Positions 50,094 to 60,697 of a DNA stretch of 64,000 nt are shown here, piece after piece. The notes under the pieces are model-generated. The model was not told the origin of the DNA. It worked only from the letters and a program-made list of their open reading frames with translations, and searched no databases. How positions within the stretch are numbered: the stretch's first letter is position 1; every line of letters starts with the position of its first letter. Source of the stretch: Calditrichia bacterium (GTDB lineage Bacteria; Calditrichota; Calditrichia; RBG-13-44-9; J075); the NCBI GenBank assembly GCA_028284905.1, contig JANQQU010000065.1, forward strand, positions 68,128-132,127, written 5' to 3'. The translations under genes and the position numbers were made by a program.

Positions 50094-51321
50094 AGAGCAC
50101 CTCCGGAGAAAATGTACTCTCTGCTTCGCCGTCTAATTTAGTGACTGAAAAAAAGAATTTACCATGCCGGTAAGGTTTTTTGAGCATAATAAACGATTGC
50201 TCAGTAGCATGCGGAGTGATACAAGTTCGATAAGTTTGGTCTTGAAAACGGGCGTAAACCAGGTAGCTAAATCCGGGTTGGTAATCCCAGGAAATTTTCA
50301 AAGAGCCCTCGGTGACTGTTACTTTAATATTCTCCGGTGGCGTCAAACGATTGACCGGGGAAGCTGAGAAATCTGATCGTTGCGGTAAGCGTCTTTTTTT
50401 CGAGGTGCGTGAAGCGAAATGAAATGTGATGCCTAACTGATGAATCGCACCGAGCTCCCCATTAGGTATCAGGGCATATTCCCAGAAAAGCTTTTTTTGT
50501 AATCGCAAATCTAAACCAAAAGAAGGGATCAGTCCTCGCTCATGCTGCCACTGAGCGCCCAGCCGAAAGCTTATATAAGGGGCAGGAAGAATCATAAAAC
50601 CACTACTATAAATTGGCGCAGTGCCAATGGTTTTAGTGTAATCTGCCGCACCAGTGAAAAAACTGCCCAATATTTGAAAGCCAATACCCGCCCGGAAAGT
50701 ACGGGGTAGGTTTGTGGATAACCGCTCATAACGGATAGCATCGCCAATGTTCTGAAGAACAGCACCGAGTCTCAGCCTGTTTCTGAAAAGTTGGATTTGC
50801 CCCCCAACATCTAATGCCGCGCCGCTAGCGGTTAGCCCGGCCAGATCATCCCGAAAAAATTTTCCGGTGACGCCTAAAGAAAGCCGGGAATTCAATTTAA
50901 ATCCAATGCCAGTACGAATAATAGAGCTGGCAACATCTATTGCGCCGATATTTTCTCCCAGCTCTCCTCGTGCCGGAATCGCCGGCATCCAGCGATGAGA
51001 AATTCCGGCAGCGACTGTCAGGCGGGATGTTAGCGGAAAGCCGAAAAGAATATTGTCGAAATTGATGTCTTCAAAGGATTCGGTGTGATGAAGGGATATC
51101 GTCGTTCGCGGTAAATCTGCCAGTCCGGCGGGATTGTAATAAAGCGCTGCAGATTCAGCAGCTAATGCACTGGAGGCTTCGCCCATCGCTGTTATTCTGG
51201 CAATAAGGGGGCTACGCAAGAAGAGGGCACCTGCCGCACCATCGGAGGTCAGCTGAGTTTGCCCGAAAGCGCTAAAGAACAGCCCGGCCAAAAGCAGTAA
51301 TATGCAAATTCGCTTGCTCAT
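50080..51321 (-). CDS. PorV/PorQ-family outer-membrane protein with C-terminal FN3-like extension
   Basis: FL...AR..AMGEA, YYNPAGL, QNIG and LPRTFRAG motifs. Confidence 0.8.
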   Translation of the reverse strand: MSKRICILLLLAGLFFSAFGQTQLTSDGAAGALFLRSPLIARITAMGEASSALAAESAALYYNPAGLADLPRTTISLHHTESFEDINFDNILFGFPLTSRLTVAAGISHRWMPAIPARGELGENIGAIDVASSIIRTGIGFKLNSRLSLGVTGKFFRDDLAGLTASGAALDVGGQIQLFRNRLRLGAVLQNIGDAIRYERLSTNLPRTFRAGIGFQILGSFFTGAADYTKTIGTAPIYSSGFMILPAPYISFRLGAQWQHERGLIPSFGLDLRLQKKLFWEYALIPNGELGAIHQLGITFHFASRTSKKRRLPQRSDFSASPVNRLTPPENIKVTVTEGSLKISWDYQPGFSYLVYARFQDQTYRTCITPHATEQSFIMLKKPYRHGKFFFSVTKLDGEAESTFSPEVLFEVQ

Positions 51322-51422
51322 CGCATCTGGGATTCAATTAAATGAAAATACATTCGAATGGTTGAATGTCGGTAAAGCCAGGCAAAAATGAAAATATTTT
51401 TAAACAACACAATATGCATAGT

Positions 51423-53081
51423 TTATTTCGCCCGCCAATATACAGCATCAATCAGGGTTAACTTACCATCCTTGTTAATGGTATGAACGCCACGGATGTT
51501 TTCATCCCAATCTGGCAGGAAAGAATGGATTTCCCGTTCTTCGTATTCATTCGTGTTGAGCGTAATAATTTCGTTAATCTTCAGGCCATAGCCGTACCGC
51601 TTTTCGCAATTTTGCGAAGGGCGATAGATTTTTCCATCCCGCACGAATATTTTCCCGGCCGGGCGGGCTCGCCGGGTATCGGAAATAATCGGATTGAGCG
51701 GATGCGGCGTCCAATTTTGGCTGATGGGACTGTCTGAATAAAAAAGAAACAGTTCATCAAAAGTATTTGATCCTTGATTCTCTGCGATGTTGGCAAACAG
51801 CCACCATTTATCGTCATGGAAAAAGAGTGTGGCATCTACTGCCCGGATATCTTCCATTAAATTATACTGAAATTCCCATTTCTTCGGCCATTGCGTGCAT
51901 TTATACAATTCAACCGTGCGGTTGGAAGACGTTTCCGGGATCATGTAATCAACCCCTTCCCAGCGGATAATCTGCGGATAGGACATATGATAAGGCTGTT
52001 CGATAATCGTTTCCGGCTTACTATATTCACCGGACTCATTTATTGTGAAAACGGAAAGATATCCTTTCTTCGGATTAAAGAGCGCTTCTTCGATGAAGAC
52101 ATAATAGACACCATCGCGATATTCCACAAAGGGATCTGCCCATAGCCGGTCCTTGGGGGGAAGGATCTTCGTATAGCGTTTAAACTGATAATTCGTATCG
52201 TCCCCAAAATCGAAGAAAAGCATCCATTGGTAAAAATGTGATCGCTGGGCCAACTTCGATTGCAGCTGACGGCGCATGTGAGCGGCCAGCGGAAAAAACA
52301 GGCGGCTGTTCACCGGAGTGCCATAGCCATTGCGGGTGTGCATCGGTGCTGCAGAATCTTCTTTTTGAACTCTCTCGAAAAAAGCGCTTTCCCCAAACTT
52401 CTGGAGCGTTTCCAGGCGTCTGGGTAAAAAGGATATGCTTTTGTTGTAGTGTATGTTGCGGTTGCGTTTAAACGAATATTGATCGGTTGATGAGTAAGAG
52501 CGATAAATTGTTTTGTGCTTTTCCGGGGAATCATTCAACATTACCAGCGATACGCCGGTGGTCGGGTGGGTTTCCAACACTTCCCAAAGGCCATGCGGCT
52601 CTGCAGTTGCAGCGGGGTTCTCGCTGTGATGATATGCCCAAACGCCATAGCGGGCAGCTTGCAATATCGCACCTTTGATGCTGCTTTGTCCGACCTTAAA
52701 AATGACATCCAGCTTTTGTTGATGGATGGCGTCGATGTCATTTTGCTCAAAAACAGAGTCGGATTTCTCCTGCCGGGTTTTGGCAGCAATAACTGGTATA
52801 TCCGCCAGCAGTGTTTTCACATCGAATGGCTTGAAAGCGTTTGGCTGCGGATTGTAGCGCGCATTTTCGAAGTCAAGGAATTTCCGGTAAAGCAAGCTGC
52901 TAAGATTCTGGGGAGGGGCGATTCCCCAGTCTTCTTTGCAACCATTTGTATTATGAATAATGGTAGTGAAAGTTGCATAATCACTGTTCATAATTCTGGA
53001 GACGACCTCGTAGGCCCAGAAAGGAATTTGAAAGTTGTCTATCAGTAAACCTATCTTGAGTTTCTCAGAAGTTGTATGCAT
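51423..53081 (-). CDS. formyltransferase-like N-domain plus glycoside-hydrolase-like beta-propeller (polysaccharide-locus protein)
   Basis: RYGVWAYHH, WADPF, HMSYP, MIPET, RPAG, RPSQ and HT motifs. Confidence 0.65.
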   Translation of the reverse strand: MHTTSEKLKIGLLIDNFQIPFWAYEVVSRIMNSDYATFTTIIHNTNGCKEDWGIAPPQNLSSLLYRKFLDFENARYNPQPNAFKPFDVKTLLADIPVIAAKTRQEKSDSVFEQNDIDAIHQQKLDVIFKVGQSSIKGAILQAARYGVWAYHHSENPAATAEPHGLWEVLETHPTTGVSLVMLNDSPEKHKTIYRSYSSTDQYSFKRNRNIHYNKSISFLPRRLETLQKFGESAFFERVQKEDSAAPMHTRNGYGTPVNSRLFFPLAAHMRRQLQSKLAQRSHFYQWMLFFDFGDDTNYQFKRYTKILPPKDRLWADPFVEYRDGVYYVFIEEALFNPKKGYLSVFTINESGEYSKPETIIEQPYHMSYPQIIRWEGVDYMIPETSSNRTVELYKCTQWPKKWEFQYNLMEDIRAVDATLFFHDDKWWLFANIAENQGSNTFDELFLFYSDSPISQNWTPHPLNPIISDTRRARPAGKIFVRDGKIYRPSQNCEKRYGYGLKINEIITLNTNEYEEREIHSFLPDWDENIRGVHTINKDGKLTLIDAVYWRAK

Positions 53082-53167
53082 TTCTGGTTCCTTGATTAAA
53101 TTCGCTTTGATCCCTCTTTTTCGAAAAGAACGCCTGCTCTAAAAGAAAAAGGTGACATGAAAATAGT

Positions 53168-54286
53168 TTACAGACTTAGCATATATGTGTCCGATTCGCC
53201 TAATGTAATATGCCAGTTTTTAAGATTTTTGAGGTGATCGTTTTCAACAGACGCTTTCTCCAGATTACCGATCATAAAGGCTTTCCCATCTGTTGGAAAA
53301 AAGAGGCAGCGTCTCAGCGTTTTACCCAGCACTGGCTGACTAAAGACACCACGTAATGAATGTAACCCCTTTTGGCGGCAATATTTAGATGCAGCATTGA
53401 TGAGTGCTGCAACGGTTGCTTTATCGGATGGATTTGCCATAAGATCGATGAGAATACCAACTGGCGTATCTTTCTGATACGGCGAGGGAGAGACGATCGT
53501 GTATCCGGATAAATTGCCATTCCGGTATGCGGCGAAAATTACCTCCCGGCGATACGGGCGATCGATATATTTCCAGTTCAGATACGCTGCTGACTTATTA
53601 ATACTGAAGCCGTTTTGCCGGGAAAGTGTTGTTGCCAATGTGCTGAAAGCATCATCAAATCGTTCCACCCGGGATACAGTAACGCTGCGTCCCCGGCTGC
53701 CTAACAGCAGTATATCAATGCCGCTCAGGGTGGCAGAAACCAGCGGATTCATCAACTTCACCAATCCGTTGAACTTTAGCAGGCGTTTTAATTCCCGCTG
53801 TGGATTGAGTGGTTTGGCGAAACCGGGGATGGTGCATTCATAATAATTAAAGCGACGATGAATTTGCAAATTTAGCGGCGTCATACCAAACAGGCAGAAA
53901 AAATTAGGCGAAGATTTTTCGATATGTTTTGCTAATGCCCGGGTCAGCCAGAATCCCATTCCTTTTTCCCGGCAGCGTGGATCAACGTAGAGATCATGGA
54001 CATAATAGCTGTTTTGCGTCGCACCGTTAATAAGGAAAGAGACCGGCATCCGGCCATGGTAGGCAACAATTCCTTCCGGAGATTCCACTACAAAATAGGT
54101 TGGTTCGCCGTTCGCATAAGGGTTATGAAATGCCAACCACTGCATTAGCTGCAGGCGAATATCCCTATTTGACTGTGGGAGATCATCGCGGGTGCGAATC
54201 AAGCGGCTGACTTCCACCATGTCATCCGGCCGTAATGCCCGGATGGAGAAATTTTTCATGACATCTTGTTTGGCTGCGTTATTCAT
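53168..54286 (-). CDS. GNAT-family N-acetyltransferase
   Basis: DLYVDPRCREKGMG motif A and YLNWKY. Confidence 0.8.
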   Translation of the reverse strand: MNNAAKQDVMKNFSIRALRPDDMVEVSRLIRTRDDLPQSNRDIRLQLMQWLAFHNPYANGEPTYFVVESPEGIVAYHGRMPVSFLINGATQNSYYVHDLYVDPRCREKGMGFWLTRALAKHIEKSSPNFFCLFGMTPLNLQIHRRFNYYECTIPGFAKPLNPQRELKRLLKFNGLVKLMNPLVSATLSGIDILLLGSRGRSVTVSRVERFDDAFSTLATTLSRQNGFSINKSAAYLNWKYIDRPYRREVIFAAYRNGNLSGYTIVSPSPYQKDTPVGILIDLMANPSDKATVAALINAASKYCRQKGLHSLRGVFSQPVLGKTLRRCLFFPTDGKAFMIGNLEKASVENDHLKNLKNWHITLGESDTYMLSL

Positions 54287-54393
54287 CGATCGCCATTAGT
54301 GATGGGTGCTGAAGTGTAAAAAAGAAAGCCCAAAAGCGCTAACTTTTGAGCTTTCCATGCTTCGATAACCATCCGGCATCATGCCGTCCGGTT

Positions 54394-54552
54394 CTAGAAG
54401 AGGGTATAAATAAATGGTGCGATGGCGGATCCTTCCGTCAGGTAAATTAGTGCACTTAAGAGTATTAAAAACAAAAAAATAGGTGTTAACCACCATTTCT
54501 TCCGCACTCTTAAAAACTGCCAGAACTCCGCAATAATCGATAACTTGCTCAT
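54394..54552 (-). CDS. SxtK-like (DUF5989) small membrane protein, 52 aa
   Basis: Below the ORF-track cutoff. Manual translation MSKLSIIAEFWQFLRVRKKWWLTPIFLFLILLSALIYLTEGSAIAPFIYTLF; AAGGAG RBS. Confidence 0.9.
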   Translation of the reverse strand: MSKLSIIAEFWQFLRVRKKWWLTPIFLFLILLSALIYLTEGSAIAPFIYTLF

Positions 54553-54573
54553 CGGATGCTCCTTTGTATATCA

Positions 54574-54990
54574 TTAAAACTGTTGTTCATACCGGGTTTT
54601 CTCGAACGGTACATCTTCCCGGTATTGCCAGTATGTATCCACAGATTTGTCCCATTTCACGTCGAGGAAACTCTTGCCGAAGAGTTTACCAATATAATGG
54701 ATTGAAGTAAATCCGATAAAAAACAACGCGCTGAGAATTAAGCGTGTCATAAACCAGCCAAGAATAACAGCGAAGGTCATCCAGGCTTTCTGAAAAGGTT
54801 TTAACAGCGTCGGTAAAATCAGCCCGAAAATCATTAAGGCGGCACCGGGAACAAGAAAATAAATAAAACTGGCTTTCTGATACCAATATAATGCGCCGGC
54901 AATTGCTACAATAACGCCGCCAACGACCAGGCCAAAGCTGCGCAAGTCTTTTTTAGTACTCGGTATATTTTTAATTTCTTCTCTCAGCAT
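54574..54990 (-). CDS. SxtJ-family membrane protein
   Basis: LRSFGL, P..LKPF.KAWM..A..LGW and TYW...Y..QF motifs. Confidence 0.88.
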   Translation of the reverse strand: MLREEIKNIPSTKKDLRSFGLVVGGVIVAIAGALYWYQKASFIYFLVPGAALMIFGLILPTLLKPFQKAWMTFAVILGWFMTRLILSALFFIGFTSIHYIGKLFGKSFLDVKWDKSVDTYWQYREDVPFEKTRYEQQF

Positions 54991-54999
54991 GATCGCTCC

Positions 55000-56820
55000 T
55001 TAATCGAGTTCGAATTCCTGTTTCCAATCGATATCGTTTTCCAGTTCCTTCTGTTCGGTTTTGTCGAGAAGATAATTCCCGAGAATTAAATAATCCATAT
55101 TGGTGCGCATGAAACAACGGTAAGCATCTTCCGGCGTGCAAACGATCGGTTCGCCACGGACGTTAAAGGACGTATTAATGACTACCGGGCAGCCATGTTT
55201 TTCATCAAATTTTTGAATCATTTGATAATAAAGCGGATTGGTTTCGGAATGAACCGTTTGCACCCGGGCGGAATAATCGACATGGGTAATGGCCGGAATA
55301 TCGGAACGGGCTATTTTTAATTTGCTCAGCCCAAAAAGCTGACTTTGATCCGAGTTCATTTTTTTCTGACGCTTTTCATGAACATCAGCGACCAGTAACA
55401 TGTAAGGACTTGCGCGATCTATCTGAAAATAATCGGATACTTTATCATTGAGTACGGAGGGGGCAAAGGGGCGGAAGCTTTCCCGGAATTTGATCTTCAG
55501 GTTCATCGTTTCCTGCATCTTCGGAGAACGGGCATCGCCGATAATCGAGCGAGACCCGAGCGCGCGTGGGCCGAACTCCATCCGTCCTTGGAACCAGCCA
55601 ATTACTTTCTCGTTGGCGATGAGATCGGCAATTTTTTCCGGAACCTCAGCTTCATCAAGTTTCTGGTAAGGGATTTTATTATCCGCCAGAAAACCACTGA
55701 TTTGCCCATTCTTGAAAATCGGTCCGAGATAGGCGCCAGCCATGGTATCGGTTTTATTATCACGAGTTCTATCGTTATCCAGATACTGGTACCAAACGGC
55801 CAGTGCCGCGCCCAGAGCGCCGCCGGCATCACCGGCTGCCGGTTGAATCCAGATATCATCAAAGTAGCCAGCACGGAGCAGTTTGCCATTGGCAACACAG
55901 TTTAAGGCGACACCGCCGGCCATACAGAGGTATGGTAAATCAAGTTCTTTACGAATATGTTTGCCCATCTTCAGCATAACGATTTCTACAACTTCCTGTA
56001 CGGAACGGGCCAGGTCCATTTCCCGCTGTGTAAGGTCGGATTCCGGCTTGCGGGGAGGTGCGCCAAAAAGTTTATGAAAATTATCGTTCGTCATAGTCAG
56101 GCCGGCGCAATAATTGAAATAGTCCATATTCATTTTGAAAGAGCCGTCTTCTTTAACGTCAATCAGTTCTTTCATAATGAGATCGGTATATTTCGGTTCG
56201 CCGTAAGGTGCCAGACCCATCACTTTATATTCACCGGAATTAACCTTGAAGCCGGTGTAATAGGTAAAAGCGGAATATAGTAAGCCAATTGAGTGGGGAA
56301 AATTAATATCAGCAACGATTTGCAGCTTATTGCCTTTGCCATATCCGTAGCTGGAAGTTGCCCATTCACCAACGCCATCCATGGTCAAAAAGGCGGCATC
56401 CTGATAGGGCGACGGATAAAATGCCGATGCAGCATGGGATTCATGATGTTCGGGAAAGAGCACTGTTCCTTCGAAATCCATGGCTTCCTGGATCATGTTC
56501 TTCATCCAAAGTTTCCGTTTGATCCAGAGCGGCATTGCTTTAATAAAGGAATTTATTCCCCGCGGTGCATAGGCGAGATAGGTTTCCAGCAGTCGCTCAA
56601 ATTTGAGGAAGGGTTTATCGTAGAAAGCGATATAATCTAAATCCTTACCGCTACCCAAGCCGCCTTCTTTTAAACAATATTTGATGGCGTTTTCCGGGAA
56701 CCGGAAGTCATGTTTTTTACGGGTAAAACGCTCTTCCTGAGCAGCAGCAACGATTTTTCCATCCTGAACCAGGCAGGCGGCACTATCGTGATAATAAGCC
56801 GATATACCAAGTATATTCAT
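55000..56820 (-). CDS. NodU/CmcH/SxtI-family O-carbamoyltransferase
   Basis: HDSAA, EERFTR, HH.SHAASA, EYKVMGLAPYG, EFGPRALG and NTSFN motifs. Confidence 0.95.
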   Translation of the reverse strand: MNILGISAYYHDSAACLVQDGKIVAAAQEERFTRKKHDFRFPENAIKYCLKEGGLGSGKDLDYIAFYDKPFLKFERLLETYLAYAPRGINSFIKAMPLWIKRKLWMKNMIQEAMDFEGTVLFPEHHESHAASAFYPSPYQDAAFLTMDGVGEWATSSYGYGKGNKLQIVADINFPHSIGLLYSAFTYYTGFKVNSGEYKVMGLAPYGEPKYTDLIMKELIDVKEDGSFKMNMDYFNYCAGLTMTNDNFHKLFGAPPRKPESDLTQREMDLARSVQEVVEIVMLKMGKHIRKELDLPYLCMAGGVALNCVANGKLLRAGYFDDIWIQPAAGDAGGALGAALAVWYQYLDNDRTRDNKTDTMAGAYLGPIFKNGQISGFLADNKIPYQKLDEAEVPEKIADLIANEKVIGWFQGRMEFGPRALGSRSIIGDARSPKMQETMNLKIKFRESFRPFAPSVLNDKVSDYFQIDRASPYMLLVADVHEKRQKKMNSDQSQLFGLSKLKIARSDIPAITHVDYSARVQTVHSETNPLYYQMIQKFDEKHGCPVVINTSFNVRGEPIVCTPEDAYRCFMRTNMDYLILGNYLLDKTEQKELENDIDWKQEFELD

Positions 56821-57170
56821 CGTTTCATATTCCTTAATCGTTTATTAATGCTAATTTGCTAGAATGAAGTATAAAGAGCTGATGCAGCATCCCTCTTCCT
56901 TGAGTTATGAGGATATGCAACTGGTGATTTTGGTGATACGTTGGGAGTAAATTTTCTCCAATTGCTAAAATAATAGCCATAGTTTTTTTCATTCAGTTGT
57001 TATAACTCAAGATTTATACAATATAAAAAGAAAATATCCGGTTGATACTCAAAAAATGCACGATGCTTGAAAATTATGAAAGTAATTAAGAATTTCTCAA
57101 TAAATATTCATCAGGTTGATAGGCAACTCGCAGTTAATTTTAACTGAACCTGCGAAAGCGTTTCATATCA

Positions 57171-57199
57171 TTGACAAATAAAGTAAAGTACTGTAAGAT
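57171..57199 (+). promoter_or_regulatory. putative sigma70 promoter
   Basis: TTGACA-17 nt-TAAGAT upstream of the lyase-like gene. Confidence 0.6.
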
Positions 57200-57250
57200 A
57201 ACGTAATATAAAGTTGCTATGAATTTCTGGCTGGTAGTGAAAGGACCTAA

Positions 57251-58801
57251 TTGAGAACTTCTCTCGGATATTTTATTCTGATCTTCTTTTTGTTTTGCGG
57301 CTGTCCGAAAAGCTACAATACAGTGGATGGCAGTGGGGAAGTATTGACTGCCGAAAAGCGAAATGAGCAGGATAAAAAAAGCAAGGCAAAGCAAAAGCGC
57401 AATAAAAAAAGCGGATCGAAGAAACAGGAAAAGCGGTTCCGACCGGCGCCATTGGCCAGAGAGAACTGGGAGCAATCTTTTTTGCCGGCATTTCCCGGCG
57501 CGGAAGGATTTGGTGCAAAGTCCCGCGGGGGGCGCGGCGGCCGGGTTATTTATGTAGAGAATCTGAATGACAGTGGCCCGGGGAGCTTGCGGGCAGCAAT
57601 TGAAGCGCAGGGGGCACGCACCATTCTCTTTAAAGTCAGCGGTACGATTCGCTTAAAAAGCCGTCTGCAAATCCGCAATCCATATATCACGATTGCCGGA
57701 CAAACAGCGCCGGGAGACGGTATTTGCCTGCGGGATTATCCGCTAAACATTTACGGGCCGGCGCATGATGTTATCATTCGCGGCATCCGTTCCCGCCATG
57801 GCGACGACACCGATGCCCCCCGGCAAAAAGCTGATGCCATCGGATTGCAAGCTGAAAAACCGGAAAAGCCGGTCTCTGATGTAATTATCGATCATTGCTC
57901 CCTCAGCTGGGGCATTGATGAAAATTTTCAGGTATGGGACTATTGTAAAAATGTTACCCTGCAGTGGTCGATCATCAGCGAAGGACTGGATAACGCCGGT
58001 CACCCTGATGGCGGCCCGCACAGCAATGCCGCCCTGGTAATGAGCGGTTTTGACGGTGGCGGTGTTACCATGCATCATAACCTTATCGCTCATCATCGTA
58101 GCCGCAATCCCAAGTTTGCCGGTAACCAGTGGGACACCACTGCAACTTCAGTATATGATTTCCGCAATAATGTCGTTTATAACTATATGAACCGACCGGG
58201 AATGTCCGGCAAGCGAACGGTGCCGACAAAAATTCGCGTAAACTTTTGCGGCAATTATTATAAAGCCGGCCCGTCTACCACCCGGTCTCACAGAAGCAGT
58301 CTTTTGCTTCTGCAATACAAGAATGATGCGGGATACTACCTGAGCGAAAATTATATTTTTGGTAGCAGTGAACACTCACGTAATAACTGGGCGGCAGTCC
58401 ATTACTGGCGAACTGAAAATAATCAACGTTCGATACAGCTGGATGCCCCGATTCCCTGTCCGCCCGTTACCCAACAATCTCCCCTGGAAGCATACGAATT
58501 AGTGCTGACGCAGGCCGGATGCAGTTACCCGCTGCGGGATGCGGTTGATCGCCGAATCGTTAGCGATGTTCGCAACAACACCGGGAAGATTATCGACTCC
58601 CAATACGAGGTGGGCGGCTGGCCGATTTTACGCAGTGCAAAACCACCACTGGATAGTGACAATGATGGAATGCCGGATGAATGGGAAGCTTTACGAGGGC
58701 TGGATGCCAAAAATCCGCTCGATGGCAATATGGATGACGACGGAGACGGATATACCAACCTGGAAGAATATATTAACGGGCTGATCCCCTTACCCTACTA
58801 A
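57251..58801 (+). CDS. pectate-lyase-like (PL1-type beta-helix) protein, probable lipoprotein
   Basis: AFPGAEGFG, GGRGG, TIAGQTAPG, IIDHCS.SW.IDE and RNP motifs; Ca-binding DSDNDGMPD tail. Confidence 0.85.
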   Translation: MRTSLGYFILIFFLFCGCPKSYNTVDGSGEVLTAEKRNEQDKKSKAKQKRNKKSGSKKQEKRFRPAPLARENWEQSFLPAFPGAEGFGAKSRGGRGGRVIYVENLNDSGPGSLRAAIEAQGARTILFKVSGTIRLKSRLQIRNPYITIAGQTAPGDGICLRDYPLNIYGPAHDVIIRGIRSRHGDDTDAPRQKADAIGLQAEKPEKPVSDVIIDHCSLSWGIDENFQVWDYCKNVTLQWSIISEGLDNAGHPDGGPHSNAALVMSGFDGGGVTMHHNLIAHHRSRNPKFAGNQWDTTATSVYDFRNNVVYNYMNRPGMSGKRTVPTKIRVNFCGNYYKAGPSTTRSHRSSLLLLQYKNDAGYYLSENYIFGSSEHSRNNWAAVHYWRTENNQRSIQLDAPIPCPPVTQQSPLEAYELVLTQAGCSYPLRDAVDRRIVSDVRNNTGKIIDSQYEVGGWPILRSAKPPLDSDNDGMPDEWEALRGLDAKNPLDGNMDDDGDGYTNLEEYINGLIPLPY

Positions 58802-58933
58802 TGCATACGCTTGTTCATCGCATTTGAATGTTTAAATGCGCCTTCCGCCAAAATGAATGAATTATCACAATCGATCCCTCTGCAGATGCATATAATTTAC
58901 CACTAAACCAGTAGTGAATAGCTATGGGTAAGG

Positions 58934-59851
58934 ATGTTCTGTATGAGTAGAAAGATCGTGTATATTGTCGGTCTCGGGCATTCGGGATCAACGATGCTGG
59001 ACCTAACGCTTGGGCAACATTCAAAAATGATGGGGCTCGGCGAAATTGCCACAGTGCTTAATTTAGGTCTGGACAGCATTCGCCAACGGGATATTCCCTG
59101 CGCATGCGGTAACTCTCTGGACGATTGCCACTTTTGGGGAAATGTCGCCAAAATACTGGGTGATGCTCCCGCCACTTCTTTTCAGGAACAATATCAAACG
59201 GTTATTCATACTGCCCAGTCAATCTTCGGCGATGATTGTCTGATTGTCGATTCATCCAAGGGACTTGCTTCACTAAAGAAAATCAGCAAATTACCAGATG
59301 TTGACTTAAAAGTGCTGCATTTAATCCGGGATGTCCGGCCATTTACGATTTCATATCTGGATCGAATGAAGCGAAGGAAGCGTAAGGCGGGCGCTCAAAA
59401 AAATTCTGGCAAATTCCCGAGATCTCTACTTCAACGGTATGCTTCTTACTATTTCCTGGTGTGGTATCGACAAAACAGGAAAATCCAGCAATATCTCAAC
59501 GGTCTTAATGTGCCGGTATTTCAGTTCGGCTATGAAGAACTATGTTTGTATCCAGAAAAAATGGTTGGGAAAATCTGCGATTTTTTAGGGGTGGAAAAAG
59601 AGGCGGCACTGCTGAACTGGGATAAACCGAAGAGCCATATCATTCGTGGTAACATCATGCGGGTGAATGCTGAAAAGTGGGGGATTCACTATGACAACCG
59701 CTGGTTCTATCGCAAAAACTGGCTCATGCCCTCGGTGCTTTTTCCGCACATTATGAAATATAACAATGCCGAAGTTTACAAAAATACGGCCGGCACCGTC
59801 TGGGAAATTATCCAATCTCCGGTTAAGGAAGCAGTAAATACGCAACAATAA
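58934..59851 (+). CDS. sulfotransferase-family protein
   Basis: GLGHSGST PAPS loop, VDSSK, LIRD.R and YEEL motifs. Confidence 0.88.
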   Translation: MFCMSRKIVYIVGLGHSGSTMLDLTLGQHSKMMGLGEIATVLNLGLDSIRQRDIPCACGNSLDDCHFWGNVAKILGDAPATSFQEQYQTVIHTAQSIFGDDCLIVDSSKGLASLKKISKLPDVDLKVLHLIRDVRPFTISYLDRMKRRKRKAGAQKNSGKFPRSLLQRYASYYFLVWYRQNRKIQQYLNGLNVPVFQFGYEELCLYPEKMVGKICDFLGVEKEAALLNWDKPKSHIIRGNIMRVNAEKWGIHYDNRWFYRKNWLMPSVLFPHIMKYNNAEVYKNTAGTVWEIIQSPVKEAVNTQQ

Positions 59852-59863
59852 GCCGAAGAAAAT

Positions 59864-60664
59864 TTATACCGTATACCCCAGCTTCTTCAGTAGTTTTGCC
59901 TGAACATTATTGACCGTTTCTATTTGGGCGGAGGTTAATTGTTGCCGCCATTTGTAGCCCATATCCTTCAGCGCCGCCGGAATATTCTCCAATATCGCCT
60001 CTGTCACTGGTAATCCACTAAACGTATACATCTTATCGAACCACAAGCGGGGATCTTTACAGAGATCTTCGTATCGCAACTCGAAGTAGCGATCGCCTAA
60101 CATCTCTTTTCTATCCAATACATAATTGAGGATTTCATGCCAGTGTAATGCAGCTTGTTCCGTAGGATCTTCTCTTAAATAATCGCGCCAGCCCGGAGGT
60201 TTGCAAAAATGACCAAATGGTATTGGATGCCGTTCCGGTTCATTTTCGGTTTTGGTAAGAATGGAATTAACCACGGCCCGGCCATCCCGTATCAGGTGAA
60301 TAAAACGGGCGTCGGGAAATATCTCATTGATGAAATCAATCCGTACTGTGCAGCGGGGATGCTTGTTGATAAATCTTGCTTTATTACGTATTTGGCGAAA
60401 ATGTTCAAAGCGGCCGTGCAGACGGCTTATCTCTTCTCTGCTGACTCTCTCAGTTCCCCAGCAATGATCGGCTTCCGGATTCCAAAAATCGACCGGATCC
60501 CAGATGCGACCAGCTTCCGACCAGTTCGCGACATCCGGATGACTGCCAAATAATTCCACCGCGATGGTGGTGCCACTGCGCGGGCAGCCGATCAGAAATA
60601 TCGGCTCGGACAAACGGGCGTCCGGATTACGCCGTCGCCATACTTCATAGCGCAGACTGAGCAA
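59864..60664 (-). CDS. sulfotransferase-family protein
   Basis: GCPRSGTT, KHP, RDGRAVVNS and RYEDL motifs; start codon uncertain. Confidence 0.9.
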   Translation of the reverse strand: MLSLRYEVWRRRNPDARLSEPIFLIGCPRSGTTIAVELFGSHPDVANWSEAGRIWDPVDFWNPEADHCWGTERVSREEISRLHGRFEHFRQIRNKARFINKHPRCTVRIDFINEIFPDARFIHLIRDGRAVVNSILTKTENEPERHPIPFGHFCKPPGWRDYLREDPTEQAALHWHEILNYVLDRKEMLGDRYFELRYEDLCKDPRLWFDKMYTFSGLPVTEAILENIPAALKDMGYKWRQQLTSAQIETVNNVQAKLLKKLGYTV

Positions 60665-60697
60665 CTCCTGGCGAAGGGTCTTTTTTATTGCGATTTT

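Noticed and set aside
54296-54574. 92-aa ORF in the track
   Set aside because: An alternative frame overlapping the real SxtK-like gene at 54394..54552, which has an RBS and the family motif.
54394-56820. Saxitoxin biosynthesis
   Set aside because: No sxtA, sxtG or sxtB in the window; the context is glycan modification.
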